From NCBI RefSeq assembly GCF_009914755.1, contig NC_060925.1: 64,000 nt of DNA; one strand, given 5' to 3'. The position numbers and the translations under genes are program-made. Shown here one piece after another: positions 29,345 to 46,834 of this stretch; positions within the stretch are counted from its first letter, which is position 1, and each line of letters starts with the position of its first letter. The notes under the pieces are model-generated. The model was not told the origin of the DNA. It was given only the letters and a program-made list of their open reading frames with translations, and did not search any database. Source of the stretch: the human T2T-CHM13v2.0 reference genome, Homo sapiens.

Positions 29345-29688
29345 CAGATGTTCCCCCAACTAGTGATGGTTCTACTTACATTTCAACTTTATGGTGGTGT
29401 GAAAGTGATACTCATTCAACAGAAACTATTTGAAATACCCATACAACTGTTATACTTTTCAATTTCAGTATAGTATTCAAAAATTACAGGAGATATTCAA
29501 CACCTTATTATAAAATTAGCTTTGCGTTCAATGATTTTGCTCAACTGTAGGCTAAGTGTTCCTAGCACGTTTAAGGTAGGCTGTGCTAAGCAATAATGTT
29601 TGGTAAGTTAATATTTTTAACATGATATTTTAAATTTACAATGGGCTCATCAGTATGTAATCACATTGTAAGTTGAAGAGTATTGGTG
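29345..29688 (-). mobile_element. MER47A (TcMar-Tigger MITE)
   Basis: cagatgttcccc..gcacgtttaaggtaggct..cattgtaagttgaagag. Confidence 0.8.
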
Positions 29689-29985
29689 TAAACATATTTT
29701 TTGCAAAAAAAAAAATCCACTATGTGGGCAAAGATCTCAAAAAACACATCAATAGGTAAACTAAAAAAGAAAAAAAAATGTAAAATTATGCTTGAAATTA
29801 CAAGCAATCAGAGAAATGCAAATAAAAGCAAAATTGAGATACCACATACCAGACTGAAAAATATTAATCTAACTATATTGGCAAGGATGAAAAACAAAAG
29901 TGCTTTTCATGAAGTAATTGAGTTGCTACATTCCTACTTCTCTTTTTATAACTTTAAAACACTAAATAGTAATACAATCAACAAA

Positions 29986-30719
29986 TGTTAGGCTAGATTC
30001 CCCAAAAAACAAGACTGAAAGAGGAATTAACATCTAGAAAGATTATTAGGAGAGTTCACTGTGTAACCACACCTGTGAATGGCTAAATAATGTTGGGCAG
30101 TGGAAGAAGTTGAATTATTATAAAGTAACAAAAGGCTTCAGTCCATCACCCAAAAAGCTCTGAAACAAGAATGTCACTTCTAAGTTGTACGGAATGTAGG
30201 CAAAGGGAGCTGTAACTTTTTTGTTTGTTTGTTTAGACAGGGTCTCTCTCTGTAGCCCAGGCTTGAATGCAGTGGTTTGAATACAGCTCACTGCAGCCTC
30301 AACTCCCTGGGCTCAAGTTATCCTCCTGACAAAGTCCCCCAAGTAGCTGAGACCCTAGGCACATGCCACAATGCCTGGCTAATTTTTAAAATTATTTGTG
30401 GAGACGTGCTTTGCCATGTTGCCCAGGCTGGTCTCGAACTCCTGTGTTCAATCCATCCATCCGTGTCAGCCTCCCAAAGTGTTGGGATTATAGGCATGAG
30501 CCACTGCACCAGTCGGGGCAGTGACTTTCTTGCTGGACACAAATCAGTCATTGGATGAAGGCTGCCCGTGCAGAGATAGTAAGGCAGATTCCTTGTTCTA
30601 AGGGAGATTTGGAGAGAAAGACTGAGCTATCAGAAACTAACACTGCTGGCATCTCTGTACTAAGAATCTTGGTACTGAAGGGGGAATCTAGGCAGTCTAA
30701 TACAGCATTATTTACTACA
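29986..30719 (-). mobile_element. LTR16-type ERVL LTR (3' LTR), interrupted by AluJ
   Basis: tg..cagtcattggatgaaggctgccc..actaca; abuts ERVL internal sequence. Confidence 0.65.
30220..30514 (-). mobile_element. AluJ
   Basis: Antisense dimer; degenerate TSD gtaacttt/gtgacttt. Confidence 0.9.
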
Positions 30720-31990
30720 GTCCACTTAAATCCCCTCAAATCCACTCTATATGTATAATAAGTTTACCCTATCTGGTAATATCTCCTCTAATATTCTAGG
30801 TGATCATTTTTTTTAAGGAAAGTAAAAGAGAAGTACTAACGGAAAAGCTTTAGCCCTATCACTACAGACAATGGTTACACTTTTTTTTTTTTTCCTGCAA
30901 GTTTCTTGGTACAGGGAACCAGAAGTCATTGTGTAGTACCATAATAGAGTTTATCGAGTCTTTTATTTTGACCTCTGATGGAAGAATTCGCACTCTGTCA
31001 ACTGGAATGTCTAAAGCCAAAGAGCCAAAGCTGTGAGAATAGAATGTACAAGTTCAAGTGCGTAGCTGAGAGTGATGATAAATCAAGCCACTCCTACTTT
31101 TACTCATTATTTCTCTCATCACATTTTTTCACTCATATTTTAAGAATAGACATTGTAGCCATAGATAACAAAGTATCAACTACTATAATTCATTTAGCAT
31201 TTATTTATACTGTGTTCTGGAAAATGGCTATCCATCCTGGCAGAATTTATCTCCAACCTGGAGCCCCAGCTTCAAAATTCTGTTGCATCACTTTTATTAG
31301 ACTGGAAACTTTTGGATGAAGCATTGTGTAGATCCTATATGCAGGTGTCTACTACCACCATACCTATTTTGCTGTGAATAGTCTTCCACATTTTGATACA
31401 GCAATATGCAGAATCCTTTCTTGGTGATTAAACATTCTCTAAGGACTTGGAAAATAGTTCTGGAAAGCAGTAAGACTTGCACTTGATCTCCCCTAGTATT
31501 TTCGCTTTTATCTATACGCTAGGAATCAAGATAGAGCTCTAACAACTATTAAGTGTCTCCATTTAAAATTTATGTCAGCAACTAGAGAAATGACCACTCA
31601 GTGGGTCCATCAAATCAGTTAATCCACTGTGAAATGGACCTGGACCAAGATTCTATTTATGGGCCACCATAAACCCCAACTCTAACAGAGAATCAAGATA
31701 ATGCTTTGGATACCTGGGTACCAATGTCAGTTCAGACAAAGAATCAAACCATCTTCAAAATGTTTGAATATTCCCCTTTCTTCAGTGTAATGATACCCTA
31801 ATAAATAGCTGTAGGTCTCTTGGGGGAAAAAAAACCCTGAAGAATCTTTACTGTACATAATGGCTATAGTGTTTTCATTCATTGGGTTCCATGTATGAAC
31901 ACTTGCTCAGAACTAGAAACTGGACAAGAAATAGTGACTTTTGGAGGGTTTTAACCTCAGTTTCCTGAAAATTCTTCTTTAATTTTTTAT
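30720..31990 (-). mobile_element. ERVL-class internal fragment (ERV3-16A3-like) with decayed protease
   Basis: Manual minus-strand translation from 31826: PPRDLQLFIRVSLH*RKGNIQTF*RWFDSLSELTLVPRYP, collinear with ERVL protease RDLRPFTRVTVHWGKGNNQTFRGLLDTGSELTLIPGDP. Confidence 0.8.
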
Positions 31991-32029
31991 AATATAAATT
32001 GTGCAATACCCATTCTGAACACTGTACAA

Positions 32030-33920
32030 TAAAGTGGAACTCATTTATTCAGTAGTTGAGAAGGAAGAGTTCAGAATTCTGGGCGCTGAAACAGCTAGAA
32101 CTGTGGGCCAGGTTACCAGAAAGGGGACAGCCTAATAGATAGGAAGCTTATGAGAATTCATGAGGATTACCTGCTGTTTTTTGGTCAGGAGCTAAATTGT
32201 AGAAGCAAAATGTGAGGCCCTGCATAGCCTAGCAGAGATTGCCTCCTACACGTCTGAAAACTGAATGGTGATGCCAGAGTGCTGCAACAAACTGGAGTTA
32301 CAATCCAGGTACAGTGGAGACACTTCACTGAGAATTTTGGTCAATTACTTGAGTTCTGCAAGGCTACATCTCATGAGTACTGATGCCCCATTACAGAAAG
32401 AACTATACCATAAAGATAAATAAATAAAACCATGCCTGAAACATACATAAAATTCACCAGTGATTTAACAGTTTTCCATAACATATTTCAACACCCTGTA
32501 AAGGAAGACCACTTAATCTAGACTTTCTGTTATGTACTGAACCACTCACAGTGTTTACTAAAATTATAAATTACTATGCCTGAAAGAAACAAGGGAGGGT
32601 AATCCACATGAAGAATATAAAAAGCAGCCAATAAAAACAAACCCAAAGATAACCCAGATGTTGGAATTAGCAGACAAGGGCTTACAGGAGCTCTGTTCAA
32701 AGATTTAATGAAATACGTGGTCATAGTGAGTGAGCAGGTTGGAGATTATGGATGCATATTGTAATCCCTAGAGAAGGCATTAAGAAAAAGAAGTATGAAG
32801 AGGAATAACTGAAAAACTGACTTAGTGAGTGAGCAGGTTGGAGTATGGGAATAGAAAATAAACAAATGGATATTCTAAAGCTGAAAAGTACTATATCTGA
32901 AATGAAAAAAATACTGTTTTGATTTAATAGCAAATAAGATATCACAGAATGAAGAGTTACTGGGGTAAATATATATCAAAATAAATTATTCAATCTGAAG
33001 ATTGAATAGAGAAAAGAGATTACAAATTAATAACCAGGGCCTTTGTGCCATGTGAACAAGTATCAAGCAGTTTACTAGGAATTTTAGAGGACAGGATAGA
33101 TACAGCAAAAAACATATTTCAGAAAACCATCATCAAAAAGTTTCCCAAATTTGGTGTAAAAATCAAGTTAATATTCAAGAAGTCCAAGGAATCCAAAGAA
33201 TAATAAATATAAACAGATCCACAGTATAACTCTTGTAGTCAAACCTCTGAAAAACAGAGAAGAAAAAATATTTCAAAAGCACCTACAAACAAATATACAG
33301 GGAAAGAACAGTAAGAATTATTGCTGACTTTTTAGGAGAAAATCTGGAAGACAATGAAACATCTTTGAGGTGCTAATAGAAAAAAGAACTCAGAAGTCTA
33401 TATTAAGTGATAATATCTCATGTAAATGAAGGCTTAATGTTAACATTTTCAAATAAACAAAAGCTGAGAAAATAAGTCACCAACAGATCTATTCTACAAG
33501 AATGATAAAGGGAGTTTTTGAGGTTTATGAGGAATGACACTACGTAGAAATCCATACAAGAATAAATGAAAAGCACCAGAAGTGCTAAATTGGTGGGTAA
33601 ACATTAAAAGAAAAAAAATTATATTTGCTTCAAAACAGCATTTTAAAGTAGAAATAAGAACACTCTATTGTGATGTTTATTACATACATAGATTTAAAGT
33701 ATATGATGACAATACTCAAAAGAATGGAGTGCAAATGGAATGTTACTCTTGTAAGGTTATTACACTTCATGTGAAGCAGCACAGTATTATATTAACTTGA
33801 AACAGACTATGTCAGATTAAGGATGCATATTGTAATCCCTAGAGACAGCATTAAGAAAAAGAAGTGCAAAACGGAATCACTGAAAAACTGACAGGAATTT
33901 AAAAAGTAATTTTTAAAAAC
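32030..33920 (+). mobile_element. Ancient L1M 5' UTR / ORF1 / inter-ORF fragment
   Basis: cccagatgttggaattagcagacaagg, gctgaaaagtactatatctgaaatg, gatgcatattgtaatccctagag are L1M-like. Confidence 0.8.
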
Positions 33921-35399
33921 TAGCTTACATGGTTGAGTTGGGTTCAAAGGTGAGGAGAGTGAGACAGAATTTGATGAACTGTAGTATAAGCAACTTAATT
34001 AAAGTAGAGGTGAGTAATTAAAAATATTTTCAGCTGATTTCTCCTTTTCATTGTTGCATTTTTACTCTTCAATATACTGTATTACCAGCTAATTTGTGAA
34101 CTCTTTGTTAGTTTTCTTTTCTTTTGGAGTTGTCAGCAGTGTCATATTATGAATGAAATAAGGCTTGATATGTAATAGTTATGTTTGCCAAACATGAAGA
34201 GCTGAATCCTTGGTGCCAAGATGTTTGTCAAGAGCCAAGAAAGCATCTGTGTTAACAATTATGAGATGTAAGGCACAAAATGCCAAAAATCTATTAGAAG
34301 AAAAAAAAGATTGCTTGATGAAATCTCTGAAGAAAAATACCTGTGAATACAAGGCAAAGGATCCATTTGTAGGCCCACTCATTTGAAGCTCCTGATAACA
34401 TTAACCCTATAATGGTTAATGGAAAGAGGCTGAACTTGAAGGAAGGCTGCGAAAGATGCTAGAATACAGATAGGATTTTAAACTTTTGAAAACATTTACT
34501 TACTGCAACTTGGCTTGAGATATTCTAACTATTTTGATGATGTTGTGGGGAATGGCTTATGTCAATAAATTTATATAAGACTCTGGAAGTCAAAGTAACC
34601 AACAGAATGATCCTTGCTATGTTACTCAAGAATCTCAGAGAGACTATAATCCTATAGAGAATCACCCTTAGAAGAGGACAAATAAAACCCTTACTGCAAG
34701 CCCCACACCTGAAAGTTTCCACACTTTGGACTAACATCCTTAATATTTCCCAAGTTCTCTTATGGTTCTTGAAACCATCCAGGGCCATCCAGGCATGCTA
34801 AGTCCAGACCAGGGCCCATGTGGACCACAGTCTCTGTTTTTCCCCTTTTGAGTGTTCTCCAAACCTCCATTCTGTGTGTGGTCTTGACCAAATGGTGTGA
34901 GTAGTCTGAGATTTTCAGCTATACTAACTATGCTTGAGCCCTGGTTCCTGGGACATGGTTTAGCAAATGGCTCACTCCTGCTGGCCGAAGTAGTATTTCT
35001 GTAATGGTGTATTGTGAGATTGGCCCTAGAATCATACTCATATGATAATTTTTGATGACTCACTCATGTTGAACACAAGCCAAGATCAATGCTATTGGCT
35101 GTCATTGGTTTATCATCAAATCTTGGCCTTGAACTCTATGTATGGCTCTGTGCATGGGTTATCCTTTGTACATATTTTAACCACAGCATCAACTTTAGTC
35201 AACAATACAGAAGGGAGATGGGAGTAGCAGTTAACATTCTTTACTCTGTGAACCTCTGCCAATGGCACACAGAGTGGTCATCCCACCGTTCTGCAGACTC
35301 CACATTACATGTTAAGTTATTTTCTAGTGGTGCCCATTAGAAGGCTTTTGAAATGATAGCTCTGTGATGCTAATGGTCTCTTCCAATTGATGTTCTCTA

Positions 35400-36200
35400 T
35401 TGTCTTTAATCTGTGTAGTAATGTCATGTTCTTCTGGGTACATTTAAGACTTGCCTGTTGAAGAACAGCCAATGAGACAACTCTTCTTGCACTGCCAACA
35501 GGCCCCTTATCTTTTATCCCCACTGTTGGCAGTATATGTAGGCAGGGGTGCAGTCTGTATTGAAAGAGATTATCTCTTAGGAGTGCAGTCATTATTGCCT
35601 ACGAGTTCAAGAGAAGACATCACTGAAAATAAGTTGTTCTAAGTTTATACTATTCAATTCCTAGTAGTAAATTTACTAAGAGCAGAAAATTAATGACAAT
35701 TTATGAAATTATAATTATATCACATAAGCTATCATTACATTTTCTGCTTGCTCTAAGACTTGCATGAGTATCATTACCAGTGAAATACTTTGAGAAAGGC
35801 ATTGTAAGCCAGTATTCACAGCAGCATGATGGATGACATGGAACCATAAGAAATGACTAACCAGCATTAAATAAGTGGTATAAGAATTGCAGAGGTGAAA
35901 AGACCTGCATTGTTTTAATATTAATAGATTCCAAACAGCCATGTCATTGTCAGTAAGAAGTGTTGCTGCCTTTTTCTTGTAATGAGAGATATAAAATTAT
36001 CCAAGAATTGCACTTTGACAATAAAGAACGAAAAGAAATGGTTCCTCAATCTAAATGAGAAAGGATAGTGTCTAAACACTACGAAGAATCCTCTTGCACT
36101 GCTTGGCAATTGTAAAAATGTATGTGCTTCTTCTTTATTCACTGCTCTAAATTATCATCATCATGCCTTATAGAGACTCATGAATTTTGCAAATTTTTAA
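35400..36200 (+). mobile_element. Highly decayed R4/Dong-clade non-LTR RT (Mam_R4-like), possibly extending upstream to ~34150
   Basis: Collinear manual translations with frameshifts: CWQYM* (FW..IW), AIITFSACSKTCMSIITSEI (PIT..YK..TSII..I), NCRGEKTCIVLILIDSKQ (CK.RKTNL..WIDYKK), KKWFLNL, FTALN then LSSSCLIET (F..ALNPLS..L..T). Confidence 0.5.
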
Positions 36201-36334
36201 ATCAAATTATTTATTTCAATCCCACCAAAAAATATTTTCCTGCTGTCCCATATATTCTAGCAGTGGCCCTACTTCTTGGAAAAGGCTGCGGCAGAGGATG
36301 GGCATAAGAAAGTGAGAGAAGAGTAGAATGAACA

Positions 36335-36530
36335 ACTATTTTTGAGTGTCTGTACTAGATGTTTTATATTACCTACTCATTTAATTATCACAATTGCTTA
36401 TAAAATAGACATGAATCTATTGCTTACTAAGAAACAGTACACAAAAAGGTTAAACAATTTGTTCAGCATCATACAACTAATAATGAACAGAACCAGATTT
36501 AAAATCCACATCTGTGTCACTGTGTAATTT
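36335..36530 (-). mobile_element. MIR fragment
   Basis: ctcatttaattatcacaa..aggttaaacaatttgttcagcatcatacaactaa. Confidence 0.7.
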
Positions 36531-37109
36531 TTCATTTATGATATACTAGGTAATGTTTAGAGCTAAGACAAATAATTTACTTCTATCAAGAAGAGTTTAT
36601 TTCAACAAGATAATTGGTACAACAAGAATCCAACATTAAAGACATTTCAGCAATAGTCTCTACAACTGTGTAATTTGTCCTTGTGATTTTCAAAGAGTCC
36701 TTTTAATCTTTCTTGGCATTCTTCCCTTTTTTAAAAAAACTCGTTAGCAATGTAAAGCAAACTTTAAAGTAGCAGTATCTAGCTCCCTAAGGAGGGAATA
36801 TAACAATGACTTTACTTGTGACTTTGCTGCCTTCAGTGAGAATAGGTCCATTGAACACCAATTTAAAGAGTAGGGTTAATGTAGTTATAGGAAAACTCAT
36901 CAAGGAAAATGATGATCTTTAATTCTAACTGCTCAATTAAATAGAACAACTGAAAAAGCCCCAACCTATTTGGTGTCCAGGTAAAAATAAATGTAGGCCG
37001 CAGAAAATTTTTTAAATTCCTGATTGATTTTTCTATAATCTCCAAGTTGTTTACTTCAGGGCAAATAATCTTTTATTTTGGCCACTCATAACACAAAGAG
37101 ATGACAAAG

Positions 37110-37362
37110 ATGTAGATAACCCTAGTCACCAGACACTGTTCTAAATGCTTGATATGTATATTATTTTATGTAATCTTTATATCTTTCTAATGAGAAAAAC
37201 ACTATTACTATTTTTATTGCCATTTTGTTGAAGAGAAAAGTGAGAATGAAAGTCTCTGTCACTTCTCTAAGGTCACACAAAGTTTAATGGCAGAGTAGAA
37301 TTTTAATCCAGCTAATCAGGCTTTAGAGCCTATTCTTTAATCACTACCCAATACAGCCTCTC
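37110..37362 (-). mobile_element. MIR
   Basis: ccagacactgttctaaatgct..aaggtcacaca..tggcagag..tctttaatcactac. Confidence 0.8.
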
Positions 37363-37363
37363 C

Positions 37364-37610
37364 GTACAGTACAGTGGGGATGAGCACAGATTCTGGAGCC
37401 AGATATCCTGAATTCAAAATACAGCTTCACTACATACTAAGTATGTGACTTGGAGCTTAATTTCTCTCAGCCTCAGTTTCCTAATTTGCATAATGGAATG
37501 ATATATTATACAGATCCTTACCAGGATTAAATTAGGTAGTCCATGTAGAGCACTTGGCTCAGTGCTCAATAATTGCAAGTATTCAATCATTATAAGCCAT
37601 GATTATGGTA
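37364..37610 (+). mobile_element. MIR
   Basis: gagcacagattctggagccaga..tgtgacttgg..gcctcagtttcct..gagcacttgg. Confidence 0.8.
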
Positions 37611-39914
37611 ATGAAGTAGCTCTTCCCCTCTATTAGATAAGAGGGGTGAGAAAGATTCAATGAGAGATAGCCTAATTCTTTTGTAACATAAGATGGACAG
37701 AGAAACAGCCAATATATGGGTATTTTAACATATAAATAATACATATCCTTAACCTTAGAGTTATGATTTTAAGAAAGATCTCAAAAATACTGTACTGTTC
37801 ATTCATGGAAATTATAATGTTATATTTTATCTAATCCAAGAAGCTATTGATAAGATGTCCCATTACCATTTATTATACAACATTAGCAAAATGCTCCCAA
37901 TTACATTGTGATAAATGGCTTTTCGCTTATAATTTTATTGAAAACATCATTTTGTATTCAGACAGGTTTTTAACGTATATCACATAAGAAAAATGTTAGT
38001 AAAACCATTTAATTCATTTATTAAAAACTTTGTTAATGTTGGACTCTATTGGTTTTCAAAACAATATTGTTCTCTGTCCCATCAAAATAATTGGTGAGGC
38101 AGCATTTCTTAAAAGAGTCTTGTATTCTAGTCTTCCAAGATTTTCTTTCAAGTTGCTGACACCCAATCTAAAAGTTGTGATGCAGGTGTTTTTTCTATTT
38201 TAGTAAGCTCATACTTTTATTTTTTCTCAATTCAATTACATTTTGTTAAAATTGTAGTAGGATCTGTTTGAAGACAACAGACTGTTAACAAATTGATGTT
38301 TCAATACGCTAACAGTTATCTTGTGTGATACATTAATATGGTCATAGCAGCCTCCTTTTGCTTTCAAATTTGTTTTATCTACTTCAGTGGATTTGGCAAT
38401 TTTTCCAGTTTCAAGTGCACCATTAAGTGTATAGTAACAATAGGTCTAGTTCCAACAACACATGTAACTTAACGAGGTGAGTAAAATATAAACTGCTATG
38501 CCAGGTTTAGATGTGTACAGGCACCGACTATTATGTCACAACTGAGACTTAGTTGACAATAGTTGTAAGATGCATATTAGCTTCAGATATATTAATATTT
38601 GGAAAAAATAAATATCTTCAATTTGATGAAATGTGGTACCTTAATTTACTACATTGCTTATCTGATTATATAAACACATCTGTCACATCCTTCACTACCT
38701 TCACTATTGATAGCTTTGCATACTTAACAGGAACATATTTAGCATTCCCAAACTTCATGGAATAGAGATAGCTAGTATCCAGTCACTGTGGTATCAAGAG
38801 ACATACTGTCTACTAACTCATATGCAAAGAATCAAAATAAAAGCTTATGAGCTGTATTTAATCAAAAGTTGACCTTTTGTACGTCATATTTATATTCAGA
38901 CCTCCTTCTAACATCCTACACCCATCAATGAACTTAATTGTTCTGTGTTTTGAAGAAATATAATATACCGTGAGAGTATGCCCAGTTCTTTCTGTATCTG
39001 TAAGGAAATAATAATAAGCCTTACATTAGAGGTTCAAGGTTGTATTGCAAATTTCAAAAACTGGGATCATTTAGTCATCAATCTTTTGCTCTTTCCTGTA
39101 AAATCTGCTGAAAAGGCTTACACAAAGTTTAGAACTTGAATTCAATTGGATCTTTACATCTAAGCAATAATTTTTTGAAGAATGAACATTAAGATATGTA
39201 TCCTCTTAAAATCTTCACATTTATATTGTTTGCTCCAATTGTTAAAGTTCTCCTTTAATATTATTTGTTTTCTGAATATGCTGCTACTTTAATACTATTT
39301 GTACTCTGAGTACACCATGCAGAAGCAATCAAAGGCAGTATAATTTTTCAAAGTAGCTACACGATTTACAGATAATAGAGGCTAGAGATTAAAGAACAAA
39401 AGGAACATCCTGATTAAAACTGAAATGTCAAATTTAAATCTTTAACAATCTTTCTTAACAAACTAAGTCATTCTCTGTTCTTAAACACAAGGAGACAAGC
39501 ATTCTACAAGAATTTGGTCTATAATTACATTTTTAAGTACTTTTTTTATACTGATGTTTTATTTTGTCTCTGGTATTTATCTCTTCCAAGTATTTTAGCT
39601 TTCCCAATTATTTTAGAAATTAGAGTCTTTTAATATTTAAAATATTTTAGGTATTTCAAGGAACTTAAGAAATTAGAGGGAATATATGCAGTAAATCTCT
39701 GTTCATGCATTTATCGATGCATCTTAATATATTTATTAGACAGTATTTTGTTATAGGTTGTGAGAAATATAAAAATATATAATTCTAAATATCTGTAGCA
39801 AGAAAACCCAAGAAGATGAACAGTGAAATTATATGGTGCAAAATATGATGAGATATAATTTTAAGATTGCTTTAAGAATTAAAAGACCTTTTCATGTATG
39901 TTGTGTTAGAACCA

Positions 39915-40235
39915 TATCAGTTACAATTAGGTTTGACTTTATAACAGAGATTCAGTTTCAATGACTGAAGACAGTGGTGGTTCATTTCTAACCTAGGCCT
40001 TCCAAGGACATTCTAGGGAACATCTTCATTTCTGTCAACCATAAGACAAAAAGGAGCACAGAGGATCACTTGTAGAAGGGTTTTATGAGCCAGACCTGGA
40101 AGGAGCACAGATCACTTTCATATTCCACTGGCTAGAACTTAGTCACATGACCACTTTTAACTTCAATGAAAATGAGGAATGTCTGTCAGCTGAGAAGGAA
40201 GAAGAGGCTGTGGTTTAGGCTGGCACTTAGAAGTT
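39915..40235 (-). mobile_element. MLT1 (J/K-type) LTR remnant
   Basis: attccactggctagaacttagtcacatgacc MLT1 motif. Confidence 0.6.
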
Positions 40236-40298
40236 ATGTCACTTTTCCTTAGAGGATTTTTGTGATCATTAAATGAATTAATACATATGAAGCACTTA

Positions 40299-44406
<4,108 letters not shown>

Positions 44407-45410
44407 TAATCCCTTATTAATAGTAAGTGCTCAATTAGTGTTTGTGATTATTATTTTCAATTATTTTCCCACACTCAAATTCCAGTTAACTTAGAATAAC
44501 TAAGTCTTATTAAAAGCATTTTAAAGACAAAGAGTATTTCCATATTTCTTTTGCTTCCCATGGTATTGTTGATCCATAATAGTCATTTAAAAAGATCTAG
44601 TTGATAGACACGTAAATTTAACTTTGTATCAAATATTCACAGTTCCATTGACCATATTGTTACATTATTGTCTACCTAGACTTTTAATTACCCAAACATA
44701 AAAATGTCATATCATATTGATGTTACATATAAACTTTATGACAAATTAGAAGATAAACATGAATTGATATTTGGTAGATTAAGCATTTTATTTATAACAT
44801 GTACAATAGTAGTATTATTTCTTTCCACTCCCTGACATTTTGATATAACAATTTAGAAAAAAAATGCCAAAACTAGTTTAATTAAGCTAGATAAAAAAGC
44901 GAAAAAGGAATTCATGAGAAAGTTTCTCTATTAAAGTGAATTTGCAATTGACAGCAAAGTACTAAAAAGCTCCATTTACTTAAATGTTTATCTTGTTAAA
45001 TATTACCATCCTTGGAACTGGTGATTAAACAATTCTTCTAGGCAGTAGTTCAATATGGAAAGTAGTATAACTATATCTCATTTTGTCCTGCTAAAAAATA
45101 CAGCATTATAAAGTTTACACATAGTACTCTGAAATCACAAACCATTAACTGTCTCAGCATGCTATTAAATGTTGCATTCTAATTCAAAATGTGTCTCTAA
45201 TGATCTCCTAAATGAACTTATCTTAAGTAAATTAAATAGTAACTAAAAGCATTTGTTTGGTAAACACAATATGTGAAAGATATTTAATAGAAAGTAACAT
45301 GTACAGCAATCACTAAATCAAAAAAAACCACAGAGCTGAAGTTTTTGAAGCTATAAAAACTATACATAATTTTTGAAAGCTTAATTTTAAAGGACAAGTT
45401 ATGACTTTCG

Positions 45411-45706
45411 TTTTTTTGTTTTTTCTGAGACTGAGTCTTACTCTGTCACCCATGCTCGAGCGCGGTGGCGCAATCTTCCCTCACTGCAACCTCCACCTCC
45501 CAGGTTCAAGTAATTCTTCTGACTTAGCCTCCCGGGTAGCTGGGACTACAGGCGTGTGCCACCATGCCTGTCTAATTTTTGTATTTTTAGTAGAGACGGG
45601 GTTTCACCATGTTGGCCAGGATGGTCTTGATATCTTGACCTAGTAATCCACCTGCCTCGGTCTTCCAAACTGCTGGGATTACAGGCGTGAGCCACCGCGC
45701 TCAGCC
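45411..45706 (-). mobile_element. AluSc-like
   Basis: Antisense dimer with ggatggtcttgat..ttgacct. Confidence 0.92.
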
Positions 45707-45805
45707 TAGCGATGACATTTTAAAAGTACCCTCACTATTGGTAAAATGGATAATAATTGATGTTGAACAAAAGTAAAGACAATCTGAGTAGGTCGATAAC
45801 TCTTA

Positions 45806-46382
45806 TGTGTGATCAATGGTCTTCAGCCAAAGACCACCAGAAACACAATTATAGTTGAACAAGTTAGGGTTATTACTTTTTGCAGTGAGAAAGAAGGGAT
45901 AATATGGAGAATTATGGAACTTTGAAGGGGTTGTTACTAAAGACTTTGCTTAGGGGATTTGGAGGAGGGTCAAGCAGGAATGCCCTGGACTGGGTTCTGA
46001 CAGAGGGCAGGGACAATTTTATGGTTGGGTATCTCAAAAAATCTAATCTATAGAAAAGGCAGAGTAAAGTGAGGCTATGGCTATAATTGTTAAAGAAGCA
46101 ACAGTCAGCCGTATAGCTAGGAGAGGGAAGTGTTTGCTGACTTGCTTCTACGTTGTTCATGTTTTGTGTTTAGACATGATTACAAAGTGGAACTCTTTTT
46201 GTTTTACTCCATAATGGTCACAGAGTAGACTTGTCTGATGCTTGTGTTCTGTAAAATTGTTCTGTGCTTAACAGAACACTAAGACTTAACTGTGAATGTG
46301 GGGCCAGTGCGTAGAAACACCAAAGCCTGGTTGATAGTACCGGGTCAGCTCCCAGATGTCAAGGGCTAATTTTCCTTTCTTA
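45806..46382 (-). mobile_element. ERVL-class solo LTR (MER76/LTR53-like)
   Basis: Ends ccgggtcagctcccagatgtcaagggct..tttctta, antisense to this LTR group's 5' end; exact family uncertain. Confidence 0.55.
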
Positions 46383-46834
46383 GTATTGACTTATGAAATC
46401 AACTAATTGATTTTAATTGAGTAAACATATACATAGTGGCTTTGTTTTTACTGAATTTTATACTATATCTTCACTGCTATTGACACAGATGTGCTACTTA
46501 ATAAGCAATATAGTTACAGTAAACTCAGTATTACTTTTCCTGTTTATTTTTTATTATAACTAATAATGAGATCTTAAAAAATCAGTTTTTGTAATATTGG
46601 ATGGGCTTCCACTTTACACTTCGGATCATGTAGTGGGAATGTTATCATTAAAGTTAATAATCCAGTAAGATCTAAAAGCACATATGGAGAAAATAAGGGT
46701 GAGGAGAGACATGGATTTTTGATTTGCTTCAAAGAATCAAGGTTTAGACAAAGTAAAAATAACAAAAAGGATATAGGGCAGAAATAATTAATGGCTAACA
46801 TCTCTTAGCTCTACAAATCAATAATATTAACTAA

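Noticed and set aside
34525-35063. Minus-strand FRCGACSKGF zinc-finger-like motif and RTE-like C-terminal motifs
   Set aside because: No His ligands follow, and the adjacent + strand gives a more collinear R4/Dong motif series; probably chance
38388-38476. Possible 89-nt + strand exon (ttcag| ... GAG|gtgagt)
   Set aside because: Stops in all three frames; isolated splice-like sites are expected by chance in 64 kb
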